Positions 50,553-60,442 of a DNA stretch of 64,000 nucleotides are shown here, one piece after another (positions within the stretch are counted from its first letter, which is position 1; every line of letters begins with the position of its first letter). Source of the stretch: Candidatus Eiseniibacteriota bacterium (GTDB taxonomy: Bacteria; Eisenbacteria; RBG-16-71-46); the NCBI GenBank assembly GCA_031370785.1, contig JANMQY010000015.1:1-64000 (forward strand), written 5' to 3'. The notes below the pieces were generated by a model. The model was not told the origin of the DNA. It saw only the letters and a list, made by a program, of their open reading frames with translations, and did no database searches. A program made the translations under genes and the position numbers.

Positions 50553-51017
50553 CTAGTTCAGCCAGCCGAGCGCGTGCGCGCCCCGCACCCCGAGGTGGAA
50601 GACGCCGCACGCGATGAGTCCCGCCATGACGTCGTCGGCGACCACGCCCAGGCCGCCGGGAAGTGCCTGAATCTGGCGCGCGCCGAGCGGCTTCCATACG
50701 TCGAAGATCCGGAACAGGATGAATGCGGCCGCGAACGCGATAATCGAGTGCGGCACGAACAGCAGCGCCAGCGTCTGCCCGACCGCTTCGTCGATCACGA
50801 TCGGCTTGGCATCGTGGCCGAGCTGCTTCTCGGCTTCGCCGGCCGCCCAGACCGCGAGCGCGGTGCCGGCGACGAGGAGTGCGATGAAGATCAGCCACGG
50901 CTGAACCGGCAGGAACCAGGCGACCACGGTGACCACGGCGCTGCCCGCGGTCGCAGGCGCGATCGGCGCCCAGCCGCAGGGGCCGAGCGTCGCGAGCAGC
51001 AGAACGAGCCTCTTCAA
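50553..51017 (-). CDS. pgpA: Phosphatidylglycerophosphatase A
   Basis: APATAGS, HDAKPIVIDE, FRIFDVWKP and GGLGVVADD motifs; TTGA overlap with mglA. Confidence 0.92.
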   Translation of the reverse strand: MKRLVLLLATLGPCGWAPIAPATAGSAVVTVVAWFLPVQPWLIFIALLVAGTALAVWAAGEAEKQLGHDAKPIVIDEAVGQTLALLFVPHSIIAFAAAFILFRIFDVWKPLGARQIQALPGGLGVVADDVMAGLIACGVFHLGVRGAHALGWLN

Positions 51018-51880
51018 ATGCGGGTGCCGCCTCCGCCCGGTCCGGGCCATGGGCGGCGCGGCGCGGTCTGAATGCGCGGGCGCGCCATGAACGGGCGAGC
51101 CGGCGCTTCGACGGCCTGCGACTTGGCGACGGGCGCCGAGGCGGCGGGCGCGCTATTCGACCAGACTGCCGCGGGCGCGTCCGCGATCGACGCCGGAGCG
51201 GTCGCAGGGCGCATTGGCGCCGAGTGCACGGCCGGACGAACCGGATCCGCAACCGGGTAGGGAGGCGCGCTGGCGCGCACCGCGCTCGGCGCGCCCGACA
51301 GGCGCGCAAGCACGCTCTTGCATGCGGCGCGCAGGGTCTCGCTCACACCCTGCCCGCGGCGCGCGATCGCTTCGAACTCGGGCGCGCCCGAGGGGTTGAG
51401 CATCGCGCGCAGGCGCTCGACCGGCAGCGCGGCGACCAGATCCCGCTTGTTGTACTGAAACACCCAGGGCATGCGAACGAGCTGATCGGGAGTGAGTCCG
51501 AGCGTGTCGAGATGCCCGCGCGTGTCGATGAGCGAATCGTAGTTGGCCTGCTCGCGCGCCGGGTGCGAGTCCGCGACGAACACCACGCCGTCGAGCCCTT
51601 GCAGCACGGCGCGACGCGAGAGTTTGTAGTACACCTGCCCGGGCACGGTGTAGAGGTGGAACCGGGTCGTGAAGCCGTTCACCTGGCCGATCTCGATCGG
51701 CAGGAAGTCGAAGAACAGGGTGCGGTCGTGGTCGGTCGAGAGCGAAACCAGGCGGCCGCGGCGCTCGGGGGGCAGACGGTCGTGCAGGGACTGCAGGTTG
51801 GTGGTCTTGCCGCCCAGCCCGGGTCCCACGTAGACGATCTTGAAGTTGATTTCGCGCGCGCGGTGATTGATGAGCGCCAT
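51014..51880 (-). CDS. mglA: MglA small Ras-like GTPase with Pro/Ala-rich C-terminal extension
   Basis: EINFKIVYVGPGLGGKTTN, DRTLFFDF, LYTVPGQ and NKRD motifs. Confidence 0.92.
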   Translation of the reverse strand: MALINHRAREINFKIVYVGPGLGGKTTNLQSLHDRLPPERRGRLVSLSTDHDRTLFFDFLPIEIGQVNGFTTRFHLYTVPGQVYYKLSRRAVLQGLDGVVFVADSHPAREQANYDSLIDTRGHLDTLGLTPDQLVRMPWVFQYNKRDLVAALPVERLRAMLNPSGAPEFEAIARRGQGVSETLRAACKSVLARLSGAPSAVRASAPPYPVADPVRPAVHSAPMRPATAPASIADAPAAVWSNSAPAASAPVAKSQAVEAPARPFMARPRIQTAPRRPWPGPGGGGTRI

Positions 51881-51998
51881 TTCGTCCCCACAGTTGCGCT
51901 GCGCGCGACGCGGCGAGCCAGACGCCCCCGCTTTGGACGGGGACGCGGATGCGATTACGGCCCTCCGCCGCGTGTGGCGCGGCGAATCGGCCGCCGAC

Positions 51999-52487
51999 CT
52001 AGGCTTCGCCGAACAGCGCGTCCACCTCGCGACCAGCAGCGTCCACGAACTCCGGCGTTGCAGAGGCCGTCTCGACCAATCCGACCCGCTCGAAAAGGCT
52101 GCGGAACACCTGATCCAGCTCCTGCGCGGCGCGCTGAGCACGGAGTCTCACCAGGCCCAGCGTGCTGCGCCTGTCGAACACCGTGCACATGATGACGCGG
52201 TCCGCGAGCATGCAGGAGTGAACCGACCGGCTCCGGCCTTCGCTCACCACCGCCTGAACGCCGGTCTCCCCGAGCAACTGGGCAAGCTCGGCATTGGCAG
52301 TGAAGTCGGCGGCGATGAGACTGGCGAACGCCGTCGCGTCGAAGTCGGCAGTGCGCCCGGCCGTGGTGATCAGCTGGCCGGAGCGGTCTACGAGGTGCAC
52401 CGACAGTGCGTTGGTGCGCTCGAGCAGCTCACCAAGCACCTGATCGATGGATCGAAAGTCGTTTTCGAACAGAGTCCACTGTGGCAT
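51999..52487 (-). CDS. mglB: MglB roadblock/LC7 GAP
   Basis: LVDRSGQLI, FASLIAADFTANAELAQLLGE and FDRRSTLGLVRLR motifs; upstream of mglA. Confidence 0.9.
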   Translation of the reverse strand: MPQWTLFENDFRSIDQVLGELLERTNALSVHLVDRSGQLITTAGRTADFDATAFASLIAADFTANAELAQLLGETGVQAVVSEGRSRSVHSCMLADRVIMCTVFDRRSTLGLVRLRAQRAAQELDQVFRSLFERVGLVETASATPEFVDAAGREVDALFGEA

Positions 52488-52703
52488 GGCACCCCCCGCA
52501 CTCCGGCGGAAAAGGCAACCGAGGACACTTCCGGGCACGTCCGTGTTCCGGGCCGAGTACTAACACGCGAACCAGTCCGCAACAAGAAATGATTGCAACC
52601 TTGGAAGATGACGGGAAGGCGAGCGGCGGGGGAGGATGGGCCGGTAGAGACAATTCCGGGCCGGGCGTCGCGGGATTCACCCCGAATTCCAGGGGCTGCC
52701 GCC

Positions 52704-53744
52704 CTAGTCGTGCTCGTCCTCGATCTCGCCGACAATCTCCTCGAGAATGTCCTCGAGGGTGACGATCCCCAGGAACTTGTCGTCCTTGTCGCGCACCACC
52801 GCCATCGGCCGGCGCTCGCGGCGGAACCGGCGCAGCAGGCGCGCCACCGGTTCGTCGGGGTCGACGAACAGCGCCGGATACATCGCGTCCATCAGGATGA
52901 CCAGACCCCTCAGGCTGAACAGGTGGAAGAGATCCTTGGTGTTGACGATGCCCACGATGTTGTTGGGATCCCCGTCCCATACCGGCATGCGGGTATGCGC
53001 GCTGTCGCGCGCGGTCTCGAGGATCTCCTCTTCGGACGCCGACAGGGAGAGCGTCACGACCTTCTCGCGCGGGACCATGATGTCGCGCACCTTCTTGTCC
53101 GAAAGCTCGAAGACGTTGCGCACGTAATTGGCCTGGTCGGGCGCCATCACTCCGGCCTCCTGCGTCTCTTCGACCAGCATGTCCAGCTCTTCCATGGAGT
53201 GGACCGCCTGCTCCGCGGTCGCCGGCGGCACTTTCAGCAGCCGCACCACAAGTGAGGCGGAGGCGCGCATCGCCGTGATCAGCGGGCGCGCGATGGCGCC
53301 GAACGCCAGAATCGGACCGGTGGAGAGCAGCGCGACCGCCTCGGCGCGCTGGAGCGCGATCGCCTTGGGTGCGAGCTCGCCCAGCACCACGTGCAGGTAG
53401 GTGATGATGATGAAAGCGATTGCGATCGCGATCCCATGCGTCACGGCCAGCCCCCATGGCCATGGCACGCGCATGAACATCGGGGTGAGCATGCGCGCCA
53501 GCGCGGGCTCGCCGATCCAGCCGAGTCCGAGGCTCGAGAGGGTCACACCGAGCTGCGTGATCGCGATCGTATCGTCGAGCTTCTCGATCGCTCTCTGCAC
53601 CGCAAGCGCGCCGAACACGTTTCGGTCCACCAGCTCTTCGATCCGGGTCCAGCGCACCGTCACCAGCGCGTACTCGGCGGCCACGAAGAAGCCGTTGAGC
53701 GCCGTGATCAGGAGAATCGAGACGATGCCGAAGGTATCGAGCAT
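52704..53744 (-). CDS. CNNM/hemolysin-family (DUF21-CBS) membrane protein
   Basis: NGFFVAAEYALV, QLGVT, GELAPK, CBS pair and GIVTLEDILEEIVGEI motifs; no CorC_HlyC tail. Confidence 0.9.
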   Translation of the reverse strand: MLDTFGIVSILLITALNGFFVAAEYALVTVRWTRIEELVDRNVFGALAVQRAIEKLDDTIAITQLGVTLSSLGLGWIGEPALARMLTPMFMRVPWPWGLAVTHGIAIAIAFIIITYLHVVLGELAPKAIALQRAEAVALLSTGPILAFGAIARPLITAMRASASLVVRLLKVPPATAEQAVHSMEELDMLVEETQEAGVMAPDQANYVRNVFELSDKKVRDIMVPREKVVTLSLSASEEEILETARDSAHTRMPVWDGDPNNIVGIVNTKDLFHLFSLRGLVILMDAMYPALFVDPDEPVARLLRRFRRERRPMAVVRDKDDKFLGIVTLEDILEEIVGEIEDEHD

Positions 53745-53772
53745 GGGAGGCGGCTGGCCGACGCGCCGCGCG

Positions 53773-54390
53773 CTAGTCGACCTCGCGCCGTCCCTCGAGG
53801 GCGCGAGCGAGAGTCACGAGGTCCGAGTACTCGAGGTCGCTGCCCATGGGCACGCCGCGCGCGATGCGCGTGACGCGCACCCCGAGCGGGGCGAGCAGGC
53901 GCGAAAGGTAGAGCGCGGTCGCTTCGCCCGCCACGTTGGGGTTGGTGGCGAGGATGATCTCGCGGATCGGACTCGCGACGCCCTCGGGCGAAGGCCGCAT
54001 GCGCACCAGCAGCTCGCGGATGCGCAGCTGATCCGGGCTCACGCCCTCGAGCGGCGAGAGCGCGCCGCCGAGCACGTGATAGCGGCCCCTGAACTGGCCG
54101 GTGCGCTCGAGCGCGAGCACGTCGCCGGGCTGCTCGACCACGCACACGATCGCGCCGTCGCGGCCGCCGTCGGTGCACAGGCGGCACGGGTTCTCTTCAG
54201 TGAAGTTGCCGCACACCGCGCAGAAGCCGACGCGCTCCTTGACCGCGCGGATCGCCTCGGCCAGGCGCAGCGCATCGTCCTTCGGCGCGCGTAGAAGATG
54301 GAGCGCCAGGCGCTGCGCGCTCTTGGCGCCGATGGTTGGCAGCTTGACCAGCTCCTCGATCAGGAGTTCGAGGTACTTCGAGCTGTACAT
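53773..54390 (-). CDS. recR: Recombination mediator RecR
   Basis: [14 protein letters not shown]4 zinc finger, YHVLGG and [12 protein letters not shown] motifs. Confidence 0.96.
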   Translation of the reverse strand: MYSSKYLELLIEELVKLPTIGAKSAQRLALHLLRAPKDDALRLAEAIRAVKERVGFCAVCGNFTEENPCRLCTDGGRDGAIVCVVEQPGDVLALERTGQFRGRYHVLGGALSPLEGVSPDQLRIRELLVRMRPSPEGVASPIREIILATNPNVAGEATALYLSRLLAPLGVRVTRIARGVPMGSDLEYSDLVTLARALEGRREVD

Positions 54391-54406
54391 CCGGGGGCCG
54401 TGGGGG

Positions 54407-54712
54407 TCAGAAGGGCAGCTTGAAGCCGCCGGTGAGCTTGCTGATGGTCTCGTTCATCTTGGTCTCGGAGGCGCGCTGCGCCTCGCCGACCGCCACCAGG
54501 ATCAGGTCTTCGAGCAGCGAGGGGTCGGCATCCTTGAGCGCTTCGGGCCGGATCTTCAGCTCCTTCAGCATCTGCTTGCCGTCCACCACCGCGTGGACCG
54601 CGCCGCCGCCGGCGCTGGCTTCGTGGCGCTCTTCGGCCAGCTTCTCCTGAAGATCCGCCATCTGCTTCTGCACCTTTTGAGCCTGCTTCACCATGTCGCC
54701 GAAGCTTTTCAT
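54407..54712 (-). CDS. ybaB: YbaB/EbfC nucleoid-associated protein
   Basis: [15 protein letters not shown] and LEDLILVA motifs; lies between dnaX and recR. Confidence 0.93.
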   Translation of the reverse strand: MKSFGDMVKQAQKVQKQMADLQEKLAEERHEASAGGGAVHAVVDGKQMLKELKIRPEALKDADPSLLEDLILVAVGEAQRASETKMNETISKLTGGFKLPF

Positions 54713-56520
54713 CCGTTCTTCCTTTCTCCGTCGCGAGCGCCGCGCTCGATGATGTCGCCTTCGAACCACTCGATCGCCTTGTCGATCATCGGTTTTACGC
54801 TCTCCTGCGTCGGACGCCGCTGCGCCAGCTCGGCGGCGTCGAGCGGCACGCACTGCATCTCGAGCGCACGCCCGAACCCGAGGCGCAGCTCCTCGGCCAC
54901 GATCTGCCGGTTTTCCTTCTCGTCGACGACCGCGCGGTGAAGATCGTCCATCGCTACGATCACCGCCGGGCCCGAAAGCCCGACGAGGCGACTCTCCCTG
55001 AGGAACGCGCCAAGCAGCTTCTTGCGTCCCGACACCGCTTCGAGCGTCTGCTGCCATGCGGCCTCGACTCCGGCATCGACTTCGACGACCAGCATCGCCG
55101 TAGCGGCGGCCACCGCTGCGACCGCTACCGGTGCCGCGGCGACAGCCGGCGGGGGCGGGCTGCCCGAGGGCAAGCGGGGCTGGAGCGCGGTGAAGTCATC
55201 TGGGTGGCGGCGAGGAGCGACGGGGCCCCGCGAGTCATCGGGTAGTCCGCCCCCGCCGGCGACTACACGCGGAGCGACTGCCGAGCCGCGAGGCGGAGTG
55301 CCGCGCGTCGACGGAGCCGGGCCGGCAGTCCCGCCACCTGCGAGCCGGCGCTCGAGCGCTTCGAGACGCTCCAGCACGCGGCCCAGCGTCTCGCCGGGTT
55401 CGAGCGTGGCCATCTGAAGCACTGCGGCTTCGAGGTGCACCAGCGGGTGCGGGCTGTCTCGCATCGGCCATTGCACGTCGGAGGTGATGCGGAGCAGGCG
55501 CAGCAGGTCCGCGTCGGCCCAGCCCTCGCCCTGCTTCAGCAGGCGGGCCAGCTCCTCGCCGCTGGCGGCCACGAGGTCGGCGCCCGCGGGATCCACCTTG
55601 AGCACCAGCAGCGCGCGAACGTGTTCGCACAGGCCCTCGGCCAGCTCCTTGGGATCGATGCCCTTCTCGAACGCCTGATGCAGCGCGTGCAATGCGCCCC
55701 TGGGATCGCGGCGTACGATTCCGTCGGCGATCGCGAAGAACGCCTCGCGATCGGCGATGCCGAGCACGCGGCGCACCAGATCCTCGCGAATCTCGTTCTC
55801 GCCGGCGGACACGACCTGGTCGAGCGCGCTGACCGCATCGCGCATCGAGCCCTCGGACTTGTGCGCGATGAGCAGCGCCGCGCCCTCGCTGAGCGTGAGC
55901 TTGACGCCTTGCGGGTCGGCCTGTTCGCGCCGCGCGATCTCGAGCAGGCGATCGGCGACCTTGCGCAGCGCGACGCGCGCGAAGTCGAAGCGCTGGGTGC
56001 GTGAGCGAATCGTGTCCGGCAGCTTCTGCGGATCGGTGGTCGCGAACAGGAACACCAGGTGCGGCGGCGGCTCCTCGAGCGTCTTGAGCAGCGCGGCGAA
56101 CGCGTCGTTCGAGAGCTGGTGCACCTCGTCGATGATCACCACCCGGTGGCCGCCTCCGGTCGGCGAGAAGCGCACGCGCTCACGCAGCGCCTGTACGTCG
56201 GCGATCCCGCGGTTGGAGGCGCCGTCGATTTCGGTGACATCCAGCGAGACGCCGCTCGTGATCTCGGTACAGCTCGTGCAAACGTTGCAGGGATCGGCGC
56301 CCTTGAGCTTGCCCGAGAGGCGCTGCTCGCAGTTGAGCGCCTTGGCCAGGATGCGTGCGCTGGTGGTCTTGCCGACACCGCGCGCTCCGGTGAACAGGTA
56401 GGCGTGGGCGACGCGGCCGCCCTCGAGAGCGCGGCTCAGCACCTCGCTCACGTGGTCCTGCCCGATCAGGTCGGCGAAGACCTGAGGGCGATACTTCAGC
56501 GTGAGCGCGCGATGGGCCAT
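54709..56520 (-). CDS. dnaX: DNA polymerase III subunit gamma/tau
   Basis: KYRPQ, HAYLFTGARGVGKTT, EIDGASN, IIDEVH and LLKTLEEPP motifs. Confidence 0.97.
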   Translation of the reverse strand: MAHRALTLKYRPQVFADLIGQDHVSEVLSRALEGGRVAHAYLFTGARGVGKTTSARILAKALNCEQRLSGKLKGADPCNVCTSCTEITSGVSLDVTEIDGASNRGIADVQALRERVRFSPTGGGHRVVIIDEVHQLSNDAFAALLKTLEEPPPHLVFLFATTDPQKLPDTIRSRTQRFDFARVALRKVADRLLEIARREQADPQGVKLTLSEGAALLIAHKSEGSMRDAVSALDQVVSAGENEIREDLVRRVLGIADREAFFAIADGIVRRDPRGALHALHQAFEKGIDPKELAEGLCEHVRALLVLKVDPAGADLVAASGEELARLLKQGEGWADADLLRLLRITSDVQWPMRDSPHPLVHLEAAVLQMATLEPGETLGRVLERLEALERRLAGGGTAGPAPSTRGTPPRGSAVAPRVVAGGGGLPDDSRGPVAPRRHPDDFTALQPRLPSGSPPPPAVAAAPVAVAAVAAATAMLVVEVDAGVEAAWQQTLEAVSGRKKLLGAFLRESRLVGLSGPAVIVAMDDLHRAVVDEKENRQIVAEELRLGFGRALEMQCVPLDAAELAQRRPTQESVKPMIDKAIEWFEGDIIERGARDGERKNG

Positions 56521-56538
56521 GCAGTCCCGTTGAGAAAA

Positions 56539-56637
56539 GGGCCAGGATGATCAGCGGCACACCCGACGGATTGCTTACCGCTGCTACCTTCCGGTCCTGA
56601 CGGGGTTCACAAGTTCGGGTTGCGCTGGGCCTGGCCC
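56539..56637 (-). ncRNA. ffs: Signal recognition particle RNA (4.5S)
   Basis: GTCAGGACCGGAAGGTAGCAGC domain IV; terminal GGGCCAGG/CCTGGCCC stem; upstream of dnaX. Confidence 0.95.
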
Positions 56638-56660
56638 ACTGTCGATACGGACGGAACAAA

Positions 56661-56736
56661 TGGTGGAGATGAGCGGATTCGAACCGCCGACCCCCTCGTT
56701 GCGAACGAGGTGCTCTCCCAGCTGAGCTACATCCCC
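56661..56736 (-). tRNA. tRNA-Ala(CGC)
   Basis: 76-nt cloverleaf, anticodon CGC, G3:U70 pair, encoded CCA. Confidence 0.96.
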
Positions 56737-56929
56737 ACGGAACCTGGGGGCTACTCGCGCGTTGAGACCCGTGGGCCGCGCGAGAAACCGAGCGGGCGCA
56801 TTCTAACAGTGAGCGCGCCCACGTCAAGCGCACCGCCGCGCGCGGTCGCATCGGCTGGCGCGCGAGGGGCTCACTTCGGCGGCGCGTCGAGCACCTCTCG
56901 AATCTTGCGCACCAGTGTTGCCGGAAGCC

Positions 56930-58441
56930 TCAACGCGTCCTGAGCGCGTCCTGGAAGAACGCGGCGACGTCGCGCTTGAGCTTCGCCAGCTCGCCAGCGT
57001 GGATGTACATCATGTGACCGGCCTCGTATTCGTGCGTGGTCACACGCGCGCGCTCGGTCGGATCCAGCTCGAGATGGTCGAGCGTATACTCGGTCGCGAA
57101 GTACGGCGTCGCGAGATCGTAGTGGCCAGAGGCCACGAACAGCTTCATGTCGGGATTCTTCGCGAACGCGCTGCGCAGCGCGCTGCTCACGTCCGGGAAG
57201 CCCTGGCGCGCCGAGCCCCACTCCCACGCGCCAACACCGCCCCCGAGGATGTAGTAGGTCAGGTCGGTCTTGTATCCCAGCTCGGAGCGCACGTACTGGT
57301 TGAACATCGCGGTATAGGGCGGCCGGATCGCCGAGAGGCTGGGGTCGAAGTCCGGAGTCTCGCTGGTCCCGCGCTCGTCGATGCCCTTGAAGCGGCTGTC
57401 GAGCCGCCCCACGGTGCGGTGCTGATCGCGCAGCAGCTCCTTGCAGAAATGCTGGATGTCCACGCGCAGGTTCGCGAGATCGAGGTACTCGCGCTTGAGC
57501 CCGGTGTAGCGCGCGAGCTTTTCGAGCACGGCGTCGCGCGCGGCGCCGCCCAGCCGATCGCCCATCGCGAGCGCGCGGGCGTAGTCGGTCGCGGCCCACG
57601 TCTCGGCCTCGTCGAGAGTCCTGTTCAGCGCCTGCCCTTGCAGATCCGGCGGGAGCTTGTGGTGATACCACGCGGTCGCGGTGTAGGTCGGCAGGAACAG
57701 CGTGTACGGAAGCTCGTTACCACGCGTGAAGTCGGCGGTCTGGAAGTTGAGGATGCTCGAGACCAGCAGGATGCCGTTGAACGCGATGCCGGAGCGTTCC
57801 ACCAGATAGCCCGAGAGCCCGGCCGCGCGGGTGGTGCCGTAGCTCTCGCCGACCAGGAACAGCGGCGAGCCCCAGCGCTCGTAGCGCGTGAGGTAGAGCC
57901 GGATGAACTCGCCCACCGATTCGATGTCGCCATTCACGCTCCAGAACTTCTTGCCGTTTTCGGGCTTGGTCGCGCGGCTGTAGCCGGTGCCGACCGGATC
58001 GATGAATACGAGGTCGGTCTGATCAAGCCAGGTCGCATCGTTGTCCACCAGCCGATAGGGCGGCGAGGGCATTGCGCCATCGTCCATCATCTTGACGCGC
58101 TTGGGGCCGAGCGCACCGAGATGCAGCCACACCGAGGCCGACCCCGGGCCGCCGTTGAACGAGAAGGTGAGCGGCCGCTTCGCGGCACCGCCCACACCAT
58201 CGGCGGTGTAGGCCATGAAGAAGATCTCGGCCTCGGTCTCACCCTGCTCGTTCTTGAGCGGCAGCTTGCCGGTGGTGACCGTGTACTTGAGCGCCCTGCC
58301 GCCAACAGTGATCTGGTGGTGCGTGATCACCGGCAAGGCGGTGCTCGAGTCCTTTGCCGCGGCGGGTGCGCTCTTTGGAGCGTCGGCGGCGTGGGCGGGT
58401 GCGGCGAGCAGCACGAGGGCGACCAGCAGGCCGTGGCGCAT
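56930..58441 (-). CDS. Secreted S10 family serine carboxypeptidase
   Basis: Signal peptide; FNGGPGSAS, DPVGTGYS, GESYG, DLATP and AGHMMY motifs. Confidence 0.93.
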   Translation of the reverse strand: MRHGLLVALVLLAAPAHAADAPKSAPAAAKDSSTALPVITHHQITVGGRALKYTVTTGKLPLKNEQGETEAEIFFMAYTADGVGGAAKRPLTFSFNGGPGSASVWLHLGALGPKRVKMMDDGAMPSPPYRLVDNDATWLDQTDLVFIDPVGTGYSRATKPENGKKFWSVNGDIESVGEFIRLYLTRYERWGSPLFLVGESYGTTRAAGLSGYLVERSGIAFNGILLVSSILNFQTADFTRGNELPYTLFLPTYTATAWYHHKLPPDLQGQALNRTLDEAETWAATDYARALAMGDRLGGAARDAVLEKLARYTGLKREYLDLANLRVDIQHFCKELLRDQHRTVGRLDSRFKGIDERGTSETPDFDPSLSAIRPPYTAMFNQYVRSELGYKTDLTYYILGGGVGAWEWGSARQGFPDVSSALRSAFAKNPDMKLFVASGHYDLATPYFATEYTLDHLELDPTERARVTTHEYEAGHMMYIHAGELAKLKRDVAAFFQDALRTR

Positions 58442-58467
58442 GTGCGGAGGCTCCTGGCTGAAAGGAA

Positions 58468-58558
58468 TGGCGGAGAGAGAGGGATTCGAACCCTCGAGGC
58501 GGTATAAGCGCCTACACGATTTCCAATCGTGCTCCTTCAACCACTCGGACATCTCTCC
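58468..58558 (-). tRNA. tRNA-Ser(GGA)
   Basis: 91-nt cloverleaf with long variable arm; CACGA-TTGGAAA-TCGTG anticodon arm; CCA. Confidence 0.96.
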
Positions 58559-58766
58559 GCAACGGGCAGAAGGCCGGATTAGCGCGGGAATTTCTATCAT
58601 GCCCGCGAGTGAGCGACAACCGCGGCGGCGCGCACCCGAGCGCCGGAGCGCGCGCCGGGACGCACACCTGGCGCGAGACTCGGCAGAATCCGCGCGATGA
58701 CTTAGAATCTCCGCTCGCGATTCGCGCCTGCCGGGGCCCTCCGGCACGAGCAAGAGGACGAACTCC

Positions 58767-60146
58767 ATGCGCAACGCTTCACGCCCAATGCTCGCCGCGC
58801 TCGCGGTGGCGCTTCTGCTGTGCTCCGCGACCCAGGTGGTACAGGCCGCGACCGCTGCACCGGCGGCCGCCGCCGCTCCGACCGGGACGCCTCCCAGGTC
58901 CCCGGGCACCGCGAAGGCGCCGGCCTCGACACGCGCCACCGCGCCCACCAGGCCTTCGAGCGCCGCCAAAGCACCTGCGAAACGCACGTCGGCCGCGAAG
59001 CCATCGAGCGCACTCTCGACCAGCGATTTTCAGGAGCTGATGCAGGCATCGACCGACAGCTCGAAATCCGCGGACGTCGTGCGCCGGCTGCGCGGGTATC
59101 TGGCCGGCAAGCCCGACAGCCAGTACCTCGCGCTCGCTCACGTCATGATCGTGCAGGCGCTCGTCGCGGGGCACGCGCCGGCCGCGACCGTGATGGCCGA
59201 CGCCGAGCGCGCGATTCCGTATCTGCCGAATCGTCCCGAAGCGCGGACGCCGTTCTACTTCACGATTGCGAATTATCTGATGGAGAACGGTGGGTCGCTC
59301 GACACCGCCCTGCTCTACGCCAATCGCGCGGTCGCCGAGGCACCCGAAGGTGAGAACTACCGCGCGCTGAAGGGTGTCGCGCGCCTCGTGATTGGCAGGG
59401 TGCAGATCGAACGCGGGCAGTATGCCGAGGCGATCGCGCAGCTGGAGATGGCGGTCAGCGATGCTCCCGACAGCCAGAGCGTGCTCTTCCAGCTGGGCCG
59501 CGCGAACGAGAAGGCGGGACGCGACGAAGCGGCCGAGCGCGCCTACCTGCGATCGCTCAGCGTCTTCGCGGCGACCGATACCAGTGCCGCTGCACCGCTG
59601 CGCGCCATCTACTTGAAGCGCCACGGCTCGCTGGCCGGACTCGACTCCGCGGTCACCTCGCTGCGCCGCGCCTCACGCCGGAACGTGGCGCTGACCACGC
59701 AGCGCATGGACAAGCCCGCGCCGGACTGGACGCTCCCCGACCTCGAAGGCAGGCCGGTCGCGCTCACTTCGTTCAAGGGCAAGGTCGTGGTGCTCGACTT
59801 CTGGGGTTCGTGGTGCGGGCCATGCCGCCAGGAGCTTCCCAAGTTCGAGGCGCTCTACCGGCACTATCGCGACAATCCGAACGTCGCGTTCGTGGGTGTC
59901 AACTGGGAGCGCGTTCAGAGTGCGGAACTGCACCTGACCTTCGCCAAGCGCTACATGGTGGAGAACAAGTACACGTTCCCGGTGGTGTACGACCACGATC
60001 GCGTGGCGGTCGAGGGGTACCAGCTGGAGGCGTTCCCGACCGTGTTCCTGATCGACAAGGCCGGGACCATCCGCTACCGCGACGTCGGCTTCACGCCCGG
60101 GATCGACGCGATCATCGAAGCGCAGCTCGAGTCACTGCTCGAGTGA
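58767..60146 (+). CDS. Exported TPR + TlpA-like thioredoxin protein
   Basis: Signal peptide, low-complexity linker, TPRs; APDWTLPDL, LDFWGSWCGPC and PTVFLID motifs. Confidence 0.88.
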   Translation: MRNASRPMLAALAVALLLCSATQVVQAATAAPAAAAAPTGTPPRSPGTAKAPASTRATAPTRPSSAAKAPAKRTSAAKPSSALSTSDFQELMQASTDSSKSADVVRRLRGYLAGKPDSQYLALAHVMIVQALVAGHAPAATVMADAERAIPYLPNRPEARTPFYFTIANYLMENGGSLDTALLYANRAVAEAPEGENYRALKGVARLVIGRVQIERGQYAEAIAQLEMAVSDAPDSQSVLFQLGRANEKAGRDEAAERAYLRSLSVFAATDTSAAAPLRAIYLKRHGSLAGLDSAVTSLRRASRRNVALTTQRMDKPAPDWTLPDLEGRPVALTSFKGKVVVLDFWGSWCGPCRQELPKFEALYRHYRDNPNVAFVGVNWERVQSAELHLTFAKRYMVENKYTFPVVYDHDRVAVEGYQLEAFPTVFLIDKAGTIRYRDVGFTPGIDAIIEAQLESLLE

Positions 60147-60159
60147 GGTGCGGCGCACC

Positions 60160-60381
60160 GAACCCCAGGGAGACGCAGGCGGCCAGGGGAAACCGCCCGC
60201 GTCTCGGGTGATCGCAAGGCAGGGAGCGAAAAGAGGTTCCCCACATTGACCGTGAGCCAGTCGCAGAACTCCTTCGCTCGCGAGAGGTGTATCAGCCCAG
60301 CAGCCAGCAAGCACGAATCAAGCAGGGAACTCACCGGGTTCAGTCGGGCTGGATTCCCCGACCTGGAAGTTCTTGGGGCCC
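60160..60381 (-). ncRNA. Candidate ~220-nt rod-like ncRNA (6S-like or novel)
   Basis: End-to-end pairing with many G-U pairs on the minus strand; upstream sigma70 promoter. Confidence 0.55.
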
Positions 60382-60385
60382 GCGC

Positions 60386-60414
60386 GATGTACCGGCTAGA
60401 TGTGATCAGCGCAA
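60386..60414 (-). promoter_or_regulatory. Sigma70 promoter of the candidate ncRNA
   Basis: TTGCGC-N17-TACATC ending ~5 nt before the 5' stem. Confidence 0.45.
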
Positions 60415-60442
60415 GGGCGGGCCCCACTGCATTCAGCTGCAT

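Noticed and set aside
54709..56520. dnaX programmed frameshift site
   Set aside because: No A-AAA-AAG or poly-A slippery site seen
60160..60381. Retron msr-msd
   Set aside because: No reverse transcriptase gene nearby
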